Shown here piece by piece: positions 1 to 11,094 of a stretch of 64,000 bases of DNA. Origin of the DNA: Pseudovirgaria hyperparasitica. Lineage: Eukaryota. The notes beneath the pieces are model-generated. The model searched no databases. It saw only the letters and a program-made list of their open reading frames with translations, and was not told the origin of the DNA. The translations under genes were made by a program, and so were the position numbers. How positions within the stretch are numbered: the stretch's first letter is position 1; each line of letters starts with the position of its first letter. The stretch lies in NCBI GenBank assembly GCA_010093815.1, contig ML996573.1; one strand, given 5' to 3'.

Positions 1-18
1 TGGCGATTAGCGAGGAGG

Positions 19-166
19 GTGTGGTGTGGTGTGGTGTTGTGGATGAGAAGGAAGGAAGGAAGGATTGACGGGTGGATGGTGTGGTGGACAGACAAGGAAG
101 GAAGGAAGGAAGGAAGTAAGGAAGGAAAGAAGGATGGTGACGAAATAGCATAGCATAGCATAGCAT
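19..166. repeat. Microsatellite cluster: (GTGTG)n, (GGAA)n, (ATAGC)n
   Basis: Direct reading: gtgtggtgtggtgtgg, ggaaggaagg runs at ~50-62 and ~96-130, atagcatagcatagcatagc at ~145-166. Confidence 0.85.
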
Positions 167-403
167 GGAATTTTGCATAGCGAGTCATTGGACAGCGAAC
201 CCTCATCATTTTATCAAACCCCCTCTTTCTCCCCCATTCTTTGCATGATATGTTAGTTCTGATTCGATATGTTATAAGATGTGGTATTCATTATGTTGAC
301 GCGGCATACTAGTAGCGTGGTTTGAGCATTCTATGATGGATGGAGTAATTTTACTTTTGGACGTATTGAGAGATATGAGAATATATATGAAGATTTATAT
401 ATA

Positions 404-485
404 ATATTCAAGAGAGATATTCAAGAGAGATATTCAAGAGAGATATTCAAGAGAGATATTCAAGAGAGATATTCAAGAGAGATAT
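404..485. repeat. Perfect 13-bp tandem repeat (ATATTCAAGAGAG) x6.3
   Basis: Six identical head-to-tail units 404-481 plus partial ATAT; no spacers. Confidence 0.95.
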
Positions 486-1063
486 GGATACCAGCTGGAT
501 GGCTGGCTAACTGCGTCATTTCATGGTGTTTTTTTGGATTCCGTTGTCGTTGCATTTGTTGTGCTGTATGTAGCTGTGTTGTTTTGCGACGATCGCCTCG
601 GATACTGTCTGTCTGGTTTGGCATGGCAATGGAATTGGTGTATATATATGATAAGGAAACAGTATGATGGTTTTTGGAAGACGACGTATATATATATATT
701 TGATTCGAGTTTGAGTTTGAGTTTGAATTTGAATTGAGATTGATTGAAGAAGAATAACTCGCTAAAAGGGCAGCAGCATAACAGCAGTCAATGAGGTATG
801 AGAATCTTATCAAAAAAAAAAGGGGACACACTCTCGTGTTTGAGTGTTGTTTCGAGTTGAGCTTGTGGGAATGGTAATTTGGTGGTTCTTTTTGTGGTAT
901 CGTATTGCACGGAATCAAGTCAGAGGTGGAATTTCGCTTGCTTGCTTCCTTCCGTCTTCATGGTTCGTGATCCATCCAGTTCCTCCAAAAGAGATGCGGT
1001 GGTGTTCCCGTGGTCGTTGCATGTTTATCTCCCCCGATCGTCCAGCTGCCCCGAACGTCCTTC

Positions 1064-1794
1064 TCACCACGCATGTTTATCCCAATTCGGATCTATCACC
1101 AGCAATAAAAAGTCAGCCCTCAACTCAACCACCATCACCACCACCTCCTCCTTTGCCCCCCCAAAAAAGAAACACACACAAACTCACCCTGCACAAACGC
1201 CGCCAGCACCTTACTCCCCGTCTGCAACAGCGGATGTCCCACGACAATCTGCAAGAACCGCTGCAGGCCCTCCCGCCGATGCTCAATCACATCGTCATTA
1301 AACCGATTCGTGAATATCTTCCCCGGCAAGGGTGGGATGGTGACGCGCGCGCTCTCGCGCTCGAGGATGTCGCGGAAGGCTTCAAAGTCCGAGTAGCGCC
1401 GCCGTACGCTCGAGGATTTGAGCTTGAAGGCCGGGATGTTGGTGCGGAGGGCGATTTCGTAGGTCGTGTAGGTGCCGCGTGTGCTTCCGGTGCCGTGCGT
1501 GAGGGGGTTGCGGACCTGGTTGGGGGTGTTAGTTTGGGGAGGGGAGAAGAGGGGGGGGGTTGTATTGCGCTCTTCTTCGTGTGTATGATCGTGTCTCGCG
1601 CAGTATACATGGCAGCATATGAAGCAGAGGAAGGAGATGGCACGCGAGCGGGTGCTCAGGAGGAGATGAGGACGGGAGGAAAGGGGGGAGTGTAGGCAGG
1701 CTGTGTGCTTACTTACCTCGATCTCGAGGAAGTTCTCGGGTGGGCCGTAGAGTTCTTCGAAGCTCTGGCTTCGACTTTCGGGTAGGGTCTGCAT
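1064..1794 (-). CDS. SNX3: Sorting nexin-3 (PX domain)
   Basis: Exons 1794-1717, 1515-1188 and 1092-1064, with GTAAGT/GTGAGT donors and CAG/TAG acceptors. Protein: [21 protein letters not shown]...[30 protein letters not shown]...[26 protein letters not shown]. Confidence 0.95.
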
Positions 1795-2352
1795 GGTGTG
1801 TTGTGTGTGTGTGAGAGTGTGAGAGTGTGTTTGTGGTGATGTGAGTGTGAGTGTGAGGGGGAGGAGGACTTGGCAGGTGGTCGTGAGGAGGGTGATGACT
1901 AGCGCGGTGGTGGGTTGATGTGATGGATCGGCGCACGAGGTGTGGCGCGGGGGGTGTGGCGCGAGCGTGGGGGTGCGTGGGCTGCGCGTTTGCCGATTGG
2001 AAGAGAGGATGTTGTTGTTTCTGTGACTTTCAACCCAGATTCACTTTACTTCACGCATTGTTATAACTAGAAATCAACTTCTGGAAAGACTCCATAATCT
2101 ATATTTATATGTTTATATGTATCTGTATGCAGGAATTGACATGCAGCCTGCGCTAGCGACGTCCGATTGTTCCACGAGGTCGGCTCCAGCGCTAAGGATC
2201 ATTAGGCCGTCGCCGACGATGGAGAGAAAAGCCATGGTGGGGAACATCGTGAGAAGACTTCTCGCCGCTCTTCTTCTTCTTCTTCTTTCACTTTTGCTTC
2301 TGCTTCTACTACTACTGCTACAGCTTCAGTCTTCTCTGCTACAGCTTCTGCC

Positions 2353-4628
2353 ATGAGTGTTCCATCCACGCAGGCATCCAATGCCATCATCTACACCACC
2401 TATGCACTCTTTCTGTAAGTTGCGACGGAGGTGGTCCGCAACACTGGACACAAGACTGACTGTGCTCTGTCAGGGTTCTGGGTCTTTACATCGCATGGCG
2501 GTTGAGGAATCAGTCCAAGGGAGAATGGCTCTCTAGCAATCGGACACAGAAGGGTTAGACTATTCGGCGTGACTTGAGCGACATGCCATGCATTCTGTCA
2601 TCGTGCATACAGCTAACATCTCTATATAGCGATACCGCTCGCTCTCAACTTCATCGCGTCGGGTGAGTCAAGACTCGCAAGCATCAATGCGCGGCAGTGG
2701 CACCGTCACAACATCATTTGCGACATATCTTGAGAGAGAGAGAGTGTGTGTGTGTGTGAGCATACACGAGCCCGAGCTCCCACGACACGCAACATGATGG
2801 CATCACGAGAACTTGCCCATGACCAGGTTGGTACTTAAGCTTCTCTGCAGTAGGTCAGGTTGAGGTTCTTGTAGTCTGAAAACGACAACCAAGCACTTTG
2901 ACCTGGCTGGACTGCACGGCAACACTACGGGCGCTGAGCCGGCATCAGATCTTTCATTCCAGATCTGATTGCTTGGCGACGCTGAGATGTACCGTATGAA
3001 CTCGATCAAGATAATGCTTGCGTGAGGAATGTGCTGCCGCTGTCCCCTCCTTCTTTTCTCCTCTGTCTCACGATCCGTGGCTGACCTAGGACTTTCTGAC
3101 ATTTAGCTATGGGATCTTCCATCCTCTTTACGTACCCTCAAATCGCCACTATTGCCGGTGTTCAGGGGCTTGTTGTCTACGCACTCTCGGCGTCGTTGCC
3201 ACTACTCGTCTTTGCATGGCTTGGGCCGATCATCAGAGAGCAGTGCCCTGAGGGTTTCGTGCTCACGGAATGGACCATCCAGCGATATGGACTTGTCACT
3301 GGCTTGTATCTGAGTCTCTGCACGTACGTGGTATCATATGAGAATGGACAAGGAATGACACTAACAAGCCAAAGACTGCTCACATTGTTCCTCTACATGG
3401 TCGCCGAGCTCTCCGCTCTTCAGCAAGTTATCAACGCTCTGACTGGCCTGAATGGCCTACCCGTCGTCATCGTCGAATGCTTCGTCACGACCGTCTACAC
3501 ATGTCCGTCCCCTATCTTCCTCCTCCGTCCCGAATCCTAACTAACATCTCCTCCACAGCTCTTGCCGGCTTCAAAGTTTCTTTCATCACCGACAACATCC
3601 AAGCAGCAATGGTGCTCGGCCTGCTCATCATCTCCGTCGCTGCCGTCGGCTCCAAAACCACCATCGACCGGTCACTAATCCCGGAATCTGGCCTCCTAAA
3701 CTCCTCCCTCCTCGGCTGGCAACTCATCTACATCCTCCCCGTCGCCATCCTCACAAACAACTTCTTCCTCTCCGGCTTCTGGCTGCGCACCTTCGCATCG
3801 CGCTCCAACCGCGACCTCTACATCGGCGTCTCCCTCGCAACCGGCACCATCGCCGTAATCTTTACCTTCGTCGGCGCCACCGGCCTCCTCGCCGCCTGGT
3901 CCGGCGTCTGGCCCGGCGCCGACCCCACCACCGACGGCTCCCTCTCCTTCTTCCTCCTCCTCGCCCAACTCCCCACCTGGCTCGTCGGCATCATCCTCGT
4001 CCTCACCGTCGCCCTCAGCACCTCCGCCTTCGACTCCCTCCAATCCGCAATCGTCTCCTCCGCCTCAAACGACCTCTTCCGCAACCGCCTCAACCTCTGG
4101 CTCATCCGCGCCTCCGTCGTCGCCCTCATCTTCCCCGTCGTCATCGTCGCCCTCAAATCCCCAAACATCCTCACCATCTACCTCATCTCCGACCTCCTCT
4201 CCGCCGCCGTCATCCCCGTCCTCGTCATCGGCCTCTGGCCCAAAGCCCACGCCTGGCGCGGCTGCGACGTCGTCGTCGGCGGCCTCGGCGGCATCTTCTC
4301 CGTCTTCCTCTTCGGCCTCGTCTTCTACCAAGGCGACGCCCGCGCCGCGGGCAATCTCATCTTGCTCAAGAACGGCCTGTATGCGGATGACTGGAGCGCG
4401 TTTGGCGCGTTTGTGGCTGCGCCTGTAGGGGGCTTGTTGTGGGGTGCTGCGTCGTTTGGCGTGCGTGTTGCGGTGCTGTGGGTGTTGGCTAGGGTGCGTG
4501 GCACGCCGTTTACGGCGCTGGATAGGCCTGTGCGCGGGGATGAAGGGATGGTGGTGGAGGACGAGGGTAGGTTTAGTGGGGAGCAGAGTGTCGAGAGGAG
4601 GGATGTGAAGAATGGGCAGTTTTTCTGA
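2353..4628 (+). CDS. Sodium:solute symporter (SSS)-family transporter, putative thiamine/thiamine-precursor transporter (N. crassa NCU01977-like)
   Basis: Six exons assembled in frame: 2353-2414, 2474-2553, 2630-2662, 3107-3323, 3375-3502, 3559-4628. MSVPSTQASNAIIYTTYALFL...AIPLALNFIASAMGSSILFTYPQIA...SFITDNIQ...; many TM helices. The TPP aptamer in intron 3 supports a thiamine-related role. Confidence 0.88.
2917..3039 (+). ncRNA. TPP (thiamine pyrophosphate) riboswitch aptamer in intron 3 (2663-3106)
   Basis: P1 CGGCAACAC 2917-2925 / GTGCTGCCG 3031-3039; P2 ACGG 2927-2930 / CCGT 2992-2995; P3 extension GCCGGCATCAGATCT..AGATCTGATTGCTTGGC; conserved CTGAGA 2982-2987; P4/P5 GAACTCGATCAAGATAATGCTTGCGTGAGGA. 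Confidence 0.95.
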
Positions 4629-4908
4629 TGCTGAAGGGGGGGTCTGGTTGGCTAGGCGAAGGTGAAAGGAGAGGGACGTATGAGATAGGGGGATGTATGG
4701 GACTAGCGATTATTGTGTAAAAAGTTAAAGGCGGTCAAATCATATCGCGAGCAGCGCAACCCGTCATATTAGACCAAATATCACCAGCAGCAGAAACACA
4801 TGAAACATACAAGTCTAGGATCTATGTTCTGTACTGTTTAACCCATAATATATATATATATATATACAAAAACCCCCCTCCCCCCTCCATTGCCGCCCAC
4901 ACGCACAC

Positions 4909-7055
4909 TCACCTCCCACCCGCCAACCTCCAAGCCTTCAACGGCAGCGCCTGCAGCTTCAGTACAGTCGGGCGAATAAACGCCACAAACGTCAGCGCGC
5001 CAATAACGACACACAAGATATTAACAATATAATACCCGTCCGTCGAGATGGTGCAGGCGCCACCCCCAGCCTTGCAGCGAGCCTTGTCCGGCTCCGCAAC
5101 ACAGGAAAAGGGCGCGTCGATGACGTCGACAGACTTCATGTCTGACGGGTTGACGGTGGGCGGGTGGCACGTCGCGACGGTGAACCAGTCGACGAATTTG
5201 AGGACGAAGATGCGGGGGAATGTGCCGCCGAGGTTGGAGACGCTGGGGTGTTTGGGTTAGCGTTTTATTTTTTATTTTTATTTTTACCTTGTATAGGTGT
5301 GTTTTAGTAGGACGGGGAGGCAACTTACGTAGCGAGCAGCGTCATGTACGTGCCGCCGATGACGGGGTCTGAGATCTTGGCGTGGAAAGCCGAGATGGCG
5401 ACAAACATGACCGTGTTCATGAAGGTGCTGAAGACGTGCTCGACGATGACGAGCAGGAGATACCACGTCGTGGTGTCGCCGGCAGGGAAGATCATGACTG
5501 TGAACTGCGCAAAGACGGCTGCGAAGAGGCGGCCGATAAAGGCCCAGGACCACACGCTCATCGGCTGGTACTTCTGGCTCCACTGGCCGGCGTAGTAACC
5601 CAGGCCGATCTCAAACGGGAAGTCGATGAGTACAGTCAGCGCGAGGTCTTCTTGGCTGAATCCCTTGTCGAGGAGTTTGAGGTTCGTGACGCCGTCGTTG
5701 GCCTGGAATCCAATCTTGGCGATGAGGTGCACCACGATGAAGAGTTGGATGTTGCGCAGCTTGAGAATGCCGCCCATGACCTTGTACACGTCCCACACAC
5801 CCTCCAGATTGCGCGCGCGGTCTTCGCGCTTGAGTAGTGCGAGACCGATAGTTGCGACCAGGTATGCCCAGCCCCAGAACCATAGATAGCTGGGCAGCGT
5901 GAGGAGACCCTCGTCCAGGGGCGCGTCGGCGGGGCGGAACCATTTGTTTGCAAAGTCTTTGGAGTTGAAGGCGAGAAATACGGTGTATGAGAGGAACTGC
6001 CCGGCGGTCAGGCCGACGGTTTGGGCAGTGGAGGCGTAGGAGAGATTTTCAGGGGAAAGGAGGGTTAAGGCCCAGCCGTCAACGGCAATGTCTTGAGTCG
6101 CGCACATGAACACCAGGGAGAACCACCACCAAGTGAATTCCCAAACACCACTGGAGGAGGTACCGGCATCCTTCATGAGACTTGAGACGCGCGTGGAGAG
6201 GTACAGCATTCCAAAGCCGGATAGAGTCTGGATAGGGAGGATCCAGCTCTTCCTGCGACCGACTTTGGGGCTCCATATCGCGTCGACGAGGGGACTCCAT
6301 AGAAGCTTGAGTGAATATGGATATGATGCTAGCGAGAAGATACCAATCTCACTGTAGCCAACGAATGGCTTCAGCAGGAACGGCACAGATCCCATAGCTA
6401 AACCCATGGGTATTCCCTGTAAAAAGTACAACCCCACCAACAGTAGGAAGTTTCTCCTGTCCTGCATGGGCATATCAAAGAACCCTATGGCCTCGCCCTC
6501 ACCCTTCTTCTTCTCCTCCGGTATATCATCGTCTAAAGAAAATGTGTCTCGTCCCATGAGATGTTGTGCCTGTGATGCCGAAGAGGGGTCATCCAGTGAA
6601 GAATGCTTGCGGCGATGCTCGAGTAGCCCGTTCATCTCGCCGTTTGCAGACCCGTTCGGACTTTCCGCTAGATATGTAGACGAACTTGCGCCGCGGTCAG
6701 GCGTACTATTGCCTGCGTTTTTGCGGGACTTCTTGGATGGCATCTGATCGTCGCTGTCGGAGTCGAAGTGCGTCGGCGAGGGAAGGGACGTCGAAGAAGG
6801 GTTGGGTATATGAATGGGAGGAACCCGAGGATTACGTTCTACAGATTGCCGAGTGCTCCGATAACTATCAATATCCTGTGTGGAATGTGGAAGGTCTTCA
6901 AGTTCGTGTCCGTTTTCAAGGTTTTGGTGCCTTTGTTGTGTGAGTAGGTTCTGGCGGTGCTGTGCTTCGTGGACAGGGACAGTAGGAAGTAGAGTTGAGG
7001 TCAACGAATGGATGTGAGCACCGGAATGAAAAGAGCCGTCAGGCGGTTGAGGCAT
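4909..7055 (-). CDS. ER acetyl-CoA transporter (SLC33A1/AT-1 family, MFS)
   Basis: LLVGLYFLQGIPMGLAMGSVPFLLK, YPYSLKLLWSPLVDA, ATQDIAVDGWALTLL, DPVIGGTYMTLLATVSNLGGTFP. Intron 5328-5243. Start could be 7055 or the downstream ATG at 6743. Confidence 0.92.
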
Positions 7056-7507
7056 ACATATAAAGGAATGGTAGCCAGCTGTTGCAGCAGGCCGAAGATT
7101 CTGAGGACGCTTGGTATGAGATCAGAACGTGGCCTGTTTGGTGCGCGGCAAGCTAACGTTAACGTGCGAGGGGGTGTGGAGACTGGAGTGCAGGGGATCG
7201 ACAAGCCCACGTCGTTCGTAAGGCTACGGATCGAGTCCGACAACGAGGCTGGAGTTGCGGATTCAACCACGAACTTGACAATTGTGAACAAAGTCTGTAT
7301 ATGTAGATCCAGGGTTGTATGAGAGACTATCTCCGATCGTGCAGTCAGTCCGGAGGGTGCCCGCACGTGTTTCCGCGTTTCCGTATTCGTGTAGCTTATC
7401 TTATCAATCTCCCGACGCGTTCTCGGCCCTACAGCATCACATCAACACCACATCTAACCTCACCATCTTCAAAGACATATTAATTCTCAGGTATCATTCT
7501 CCCAGCC

Positions 7508-8428
7508 ATGTCTATAGAGGCCCTCCGATCCGAAATCACCTCACTGGAGTCCCAACTCAAAGCCCTCGAATCCCTCCTCCCACACGCCCACAGCACCCTC
7601 CTCTCGCTTCCCTCCATCGCCGCCGCTCTCAAACGCAGCACATCCACATCGCCCTCCATAGCCCGCGCTCGCGCCCATCTCACGCGCCAACTGGCCCACA
7701 ACACGCATATGAACTATCGCCTGACCTCCGGCATAACCGCCTTCCGCGTGCAAGACCCCGACCCCTACGCCGTCGACTCCGGACGCGTGCTCGGCCTGCG
7801 CATCGAGCTGCCCCAGGGCGCCACGTTCGGGACACCGTATTTTGTGTTCCTCGTCGCCGTGCGGGTTGCAGGCCAAGGAGAGGAAGAGGGTGAGCAGCAG
7901 AGCAGGAGGAGGTTGTTGAAGGTGCATAAACATACGGTTCCGCCTGCGGTGCCGATCGATGCTCTTGCGAGGCGGTGGCTTGCGCTGCCTGGGAAGACGG
8001 GCAAGATGGTACGGAAGCAGGATCTACATGCGTTTGGGCGAGCGTTGAGGCATGCTGTTGTCTCGTTTCATGCGCGGCTGGCAGCCGTGGAGAAGTTGCG
8101 GGTAGATGCTGGGCTTGAGGGGAAGGGCGAAGGGCGAGATGCAGAAGATGGAGAGAAGAGGAGGAAGGGAAAGGGTGGCATCGTGGCTATTACTGCAGAT
8201 GAGGCGGCGCATACAGTCGATATCACCTTTAAGAGCGGCCTTGTTGGGAGACTGCGGATGAACAGAGCTGGTGCTATCGAACATGTCGTGGTCAAGAGAG
8301 CTCTAGACGCAAATGCGGACGACGAGACCGCGCAACGCAAACGAAGAGAGCTGAAACGGAGGATTACAGGAGGTGATGGAAGGATCGAGGGTGTCGTGGA
8401 CAGGATACTGGGTAACAGTGAAGGTTGA
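7508..8428 (+). CDS. Kinetochore protein, CENP-O/Mcm21/Mal2 family
   Basis: N-terminal coiled coil, then YRLTSGITAFRVQDPDPYAVDSGRVLGLRIE...PYFVFL...VHKHTVPPAVP...QDLHAFGRALR, as in fungal CENP-O proteins. Confidence 0.85.
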   Translation: MSIEALRSEITSLESQLKALESLLPHAHSTLLSLPSIAAALKRSTSTSPSIARARAHLTRQLAHNTHMNYRLTSGITAFRVQDPDPYAVDSGRVLGLRIELPQGATFGTPYFVFLVAVRVAGQGEEEGEQQSRRRLLKVHKHTVPPAVPIDALARRWLALPGKTGKMVRKQDLHAFGRALRHAVVSFHARLAAVEKLRVDAGLEGKGEGRDAEDGEKRRKGKGGIVAITADEAAHTVDITFKSGLVGRLRMNRAGAIEHVVVKRALDANADDETAQRKRRELKRRITGGDGRIEGVVDRILGNSEG

Positions 8429-8723
8429 AAGCACCTAATTCGAGCTACGAAGCCTCATAAGACGAAGCTGGTCTTTGTCATCACACATTACCATCCATGC
8501 ACCAAGCTTCCAGCGGCGCTCCCACAAAGCTAAGACAATATGGCACGTGAGCATCCTGGTAGAAGCAGAGGAGAACTAGGCTTGGTCTAGCTGTTTATCA
8601 TACGCTACAACGGTCAATACCTTCCAAGCTACGCAGATAAGCCATAGCAGCACTAAGCGGCCGTCGAGGGCACTGCAGCTCCGGCACCTGTCGAGGAGAG
8701 ATTGCGCTACAGTCTGTTCGTGA

Positions 8724-10810
8724 TCATAATTCATCTCGGTCCTCCCACAGCAGCCCAGTGTGTGATCCATCCACGCGCCCATCAAAATCAAAGCCTGGAA
8801 GTGTGTCTGAAGGAGGTGGGAGATTGAACATGGAGCTTCGCCCACTGACTGAAGGGGCGAAATCAAGGAACGAAGAGAGACTAGGTAGGGCTTGTGAATT
8901 CGACGGCTTGCTCGTTGCCCTCATGCCTGAAACACTATCTGGCTGAGCCGACTTTTGGACTGTAGGTGCCGGAGGGGGTGGCATCGAGTCGTTTGTCATC
9001 AGCATGCTCATTGTAATGCCATGACTTGTGTTTGTGGTGGTCGCAGACGACGGTACGAAGGATGCAGACTCGGGGGCCAGAGACATCGATAAGGATTGCA
9101 GTGGTGGCAGAGGTGCATTAGCATCGGCCCATCCAAATATATTTCTGTTAAGGGTGACGGGGCTATAGTCATCTCCAGATTCCTCCTCATATGCGGTAGA
9201 TGGGTACACGTCGTGAAAGTTGGTCATTAGTGTCAGTGATCTAAGAGAATTCGTAGATGTGGTTATCCCTGCATTCGTCGGGAGAGCGACACGTGCCGGT
9301 GTAGGTTCTGATGTCTCCACGAGCTCCTGGGGTTGGCTTGAGGTACTATCCCGATTCGCAGTGGCTACTACAGAGTCGGCTTGAGCATTACTAGACTCCT
9401 CAGCAGCGGTAATACCGTCGGCAGCCTTGGATTTTAGGCCAGATTTGACATACAGATCCGAAAACTTTGTCCGAAATCGATCTCTCAGATCTCTTGGACT
9501 TCGATACCGGGTGTCGAATTCTGGACTTTTGAGGATAAGATGCCATAGGGAGCCATGCTTCTCATAGCCTTCGAGTATTGCGCGATCTTCGCTCTCGGTA
9601 AATGGCCTGCGCGTGCGCCGTGTGCTTTTGGCGAAGGGCTCTTCGATGCCCATTTCTGCTAGTGCATCTGCGTCCTTGAGAGAGGTAGCCTTGCGCGGAT
9701 TGAGTTGCTTCTTGGGTACATGCTTAGGTGCCTTATCCTTTGCCACAGCGGCTGGCTTATCGACAATTCTTTGTGGAGAGTAATCCCTTGGTCTGCAGGA
9801 TCGAAACCTATCACGTGTTAGAGGGTTGGATGGGGATGACCAGTAACAACTACTGTCAAGGCATACCGGTCTTTCAAATCCACAGATGTGCGGCATTCCT
9901 TGAACTCATAATCCTCACACTCTAGTATCTTCTTCCATTTGCCAATACCAAACCTGGCCACTCCTCGGAGCAGGTGTGCTGTCTCCTCATCGGTCCACTT
10001 GTTTCTCTTTGACTTCTCTTTACCAGTCGTTTTAGGCTGCTGCTCTGAGCTTTCTATCTCCTCCGCACTTTGTCGTGGAGATGGTGCGCGCGATTCCTTT
10101 TCAGGCAATAATTTCGGAGCAGGCAGAGAGTTCCTGGTTTCTTCTTCCCGCGCATGAGCGCTCACAACCCTATCGGTACTCTCATCTTTCTCTGTGATCC
10201 TAGGAAATAGCCCGGCATCAGGAGGTGGCTGATGCAAACCCTGTAATAATGGTGGTAGTCGTTTGGACGCCTTCTTCCTTATAGAGTGAGGTCGAGGAAG
10301 CGTCAGCATTCCATTGCTACCTGAACTAGTATTACGCTCGACAGCAATACCATTGGTATCACTGTCGTCAACCCTACGACGCTTCAAAGCTCCATCTCGT
10401 AATATGTGATCCAAACCACCTCTCGCCGAAGGCTCTGTAGTGTCTGGTCCGTTGAGGACCTCAGCTATTGGAACGCCGTGTTTAGAGCGAGACGACTTGT
10501 TTGGATGACTAGTACTTCTCGAGTCATCATTACCCTCGGTCCCACCTAGTCCTGGGCGAGGCTGTAAAGTGGGAAAGCGACTACTATCTTCTCTTCCAGT
10601 ATGATGATCCGATTGCTGGTACAGAAGCTCACGTCCATGGAAGTGTTGCCCATGTCCGCTTTGCAGGTCATCTGTAGCATTATAGCTTGGTTCTACTGGA
10701 GCAGGTCGTTGCGAAGCTATCGAAGGGAGCGTGAATTGGAAGGGAACCTGGCCATTCGTACGATGATCAAGAAGGTCCGGGTTGATCAAGGAATTGATGC
10801 GGGGCTCCAT
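8724..10810 (-). CDS. Two-Myb-domain (telobox/TRF-like, Tay1/Teb1-like) DNA-binding protein
   Basis: ORFs 9818-10810 and 8724-9896 join through intron 9866-9808 (GTATGC..CTAAC..TAG). Myb1 KWTDEETAHLLRGVARFGIGKWKKIL...RTSVDLKDRFR; Myb2 RPFTESEDRAILEGYEKHGSLWHLIL...DLRDRFR. Confidence 0.88.
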
Positions 10811-11094
10811 GTAGCGGAGTGAGATCCATGAAGCGCAACGAAGTCACTCGGCAGTTCTCTATGTCGAATTGAAGTATGACAAAGAATGACAACTCGATGG
10901 TAGAAAGCTTGCTATGTTGTGCGGGTCGATACCTGGGTGGGTGGTTAATAGATAGGAGGGTTTCTCAAGCATCCGTCCATCCACAACCATTAATATATGC
11001 GGGGCCGTCGCGTACGCGCTCAGTGAGACTATCACAAGCTACATCGACATCATCACCCCAACATGACGATCAAATCAGACTATAATGCACGCTG

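Noticed and set aside
404..485. 13-bp repeat as a CRISPR-like array
   Set aside because: Contiguous identical units with no spacers, no cas genes, eukaryotic context.
844..1695. 283-aa plus-strand ORF and similar long antisense or alternate-frame ORFs (e.g. 3696-4043, 36070-36642, 60186-60749)
   Set aside because: They shadow well-supported genes on the other strand or frame; explained by codon bias.
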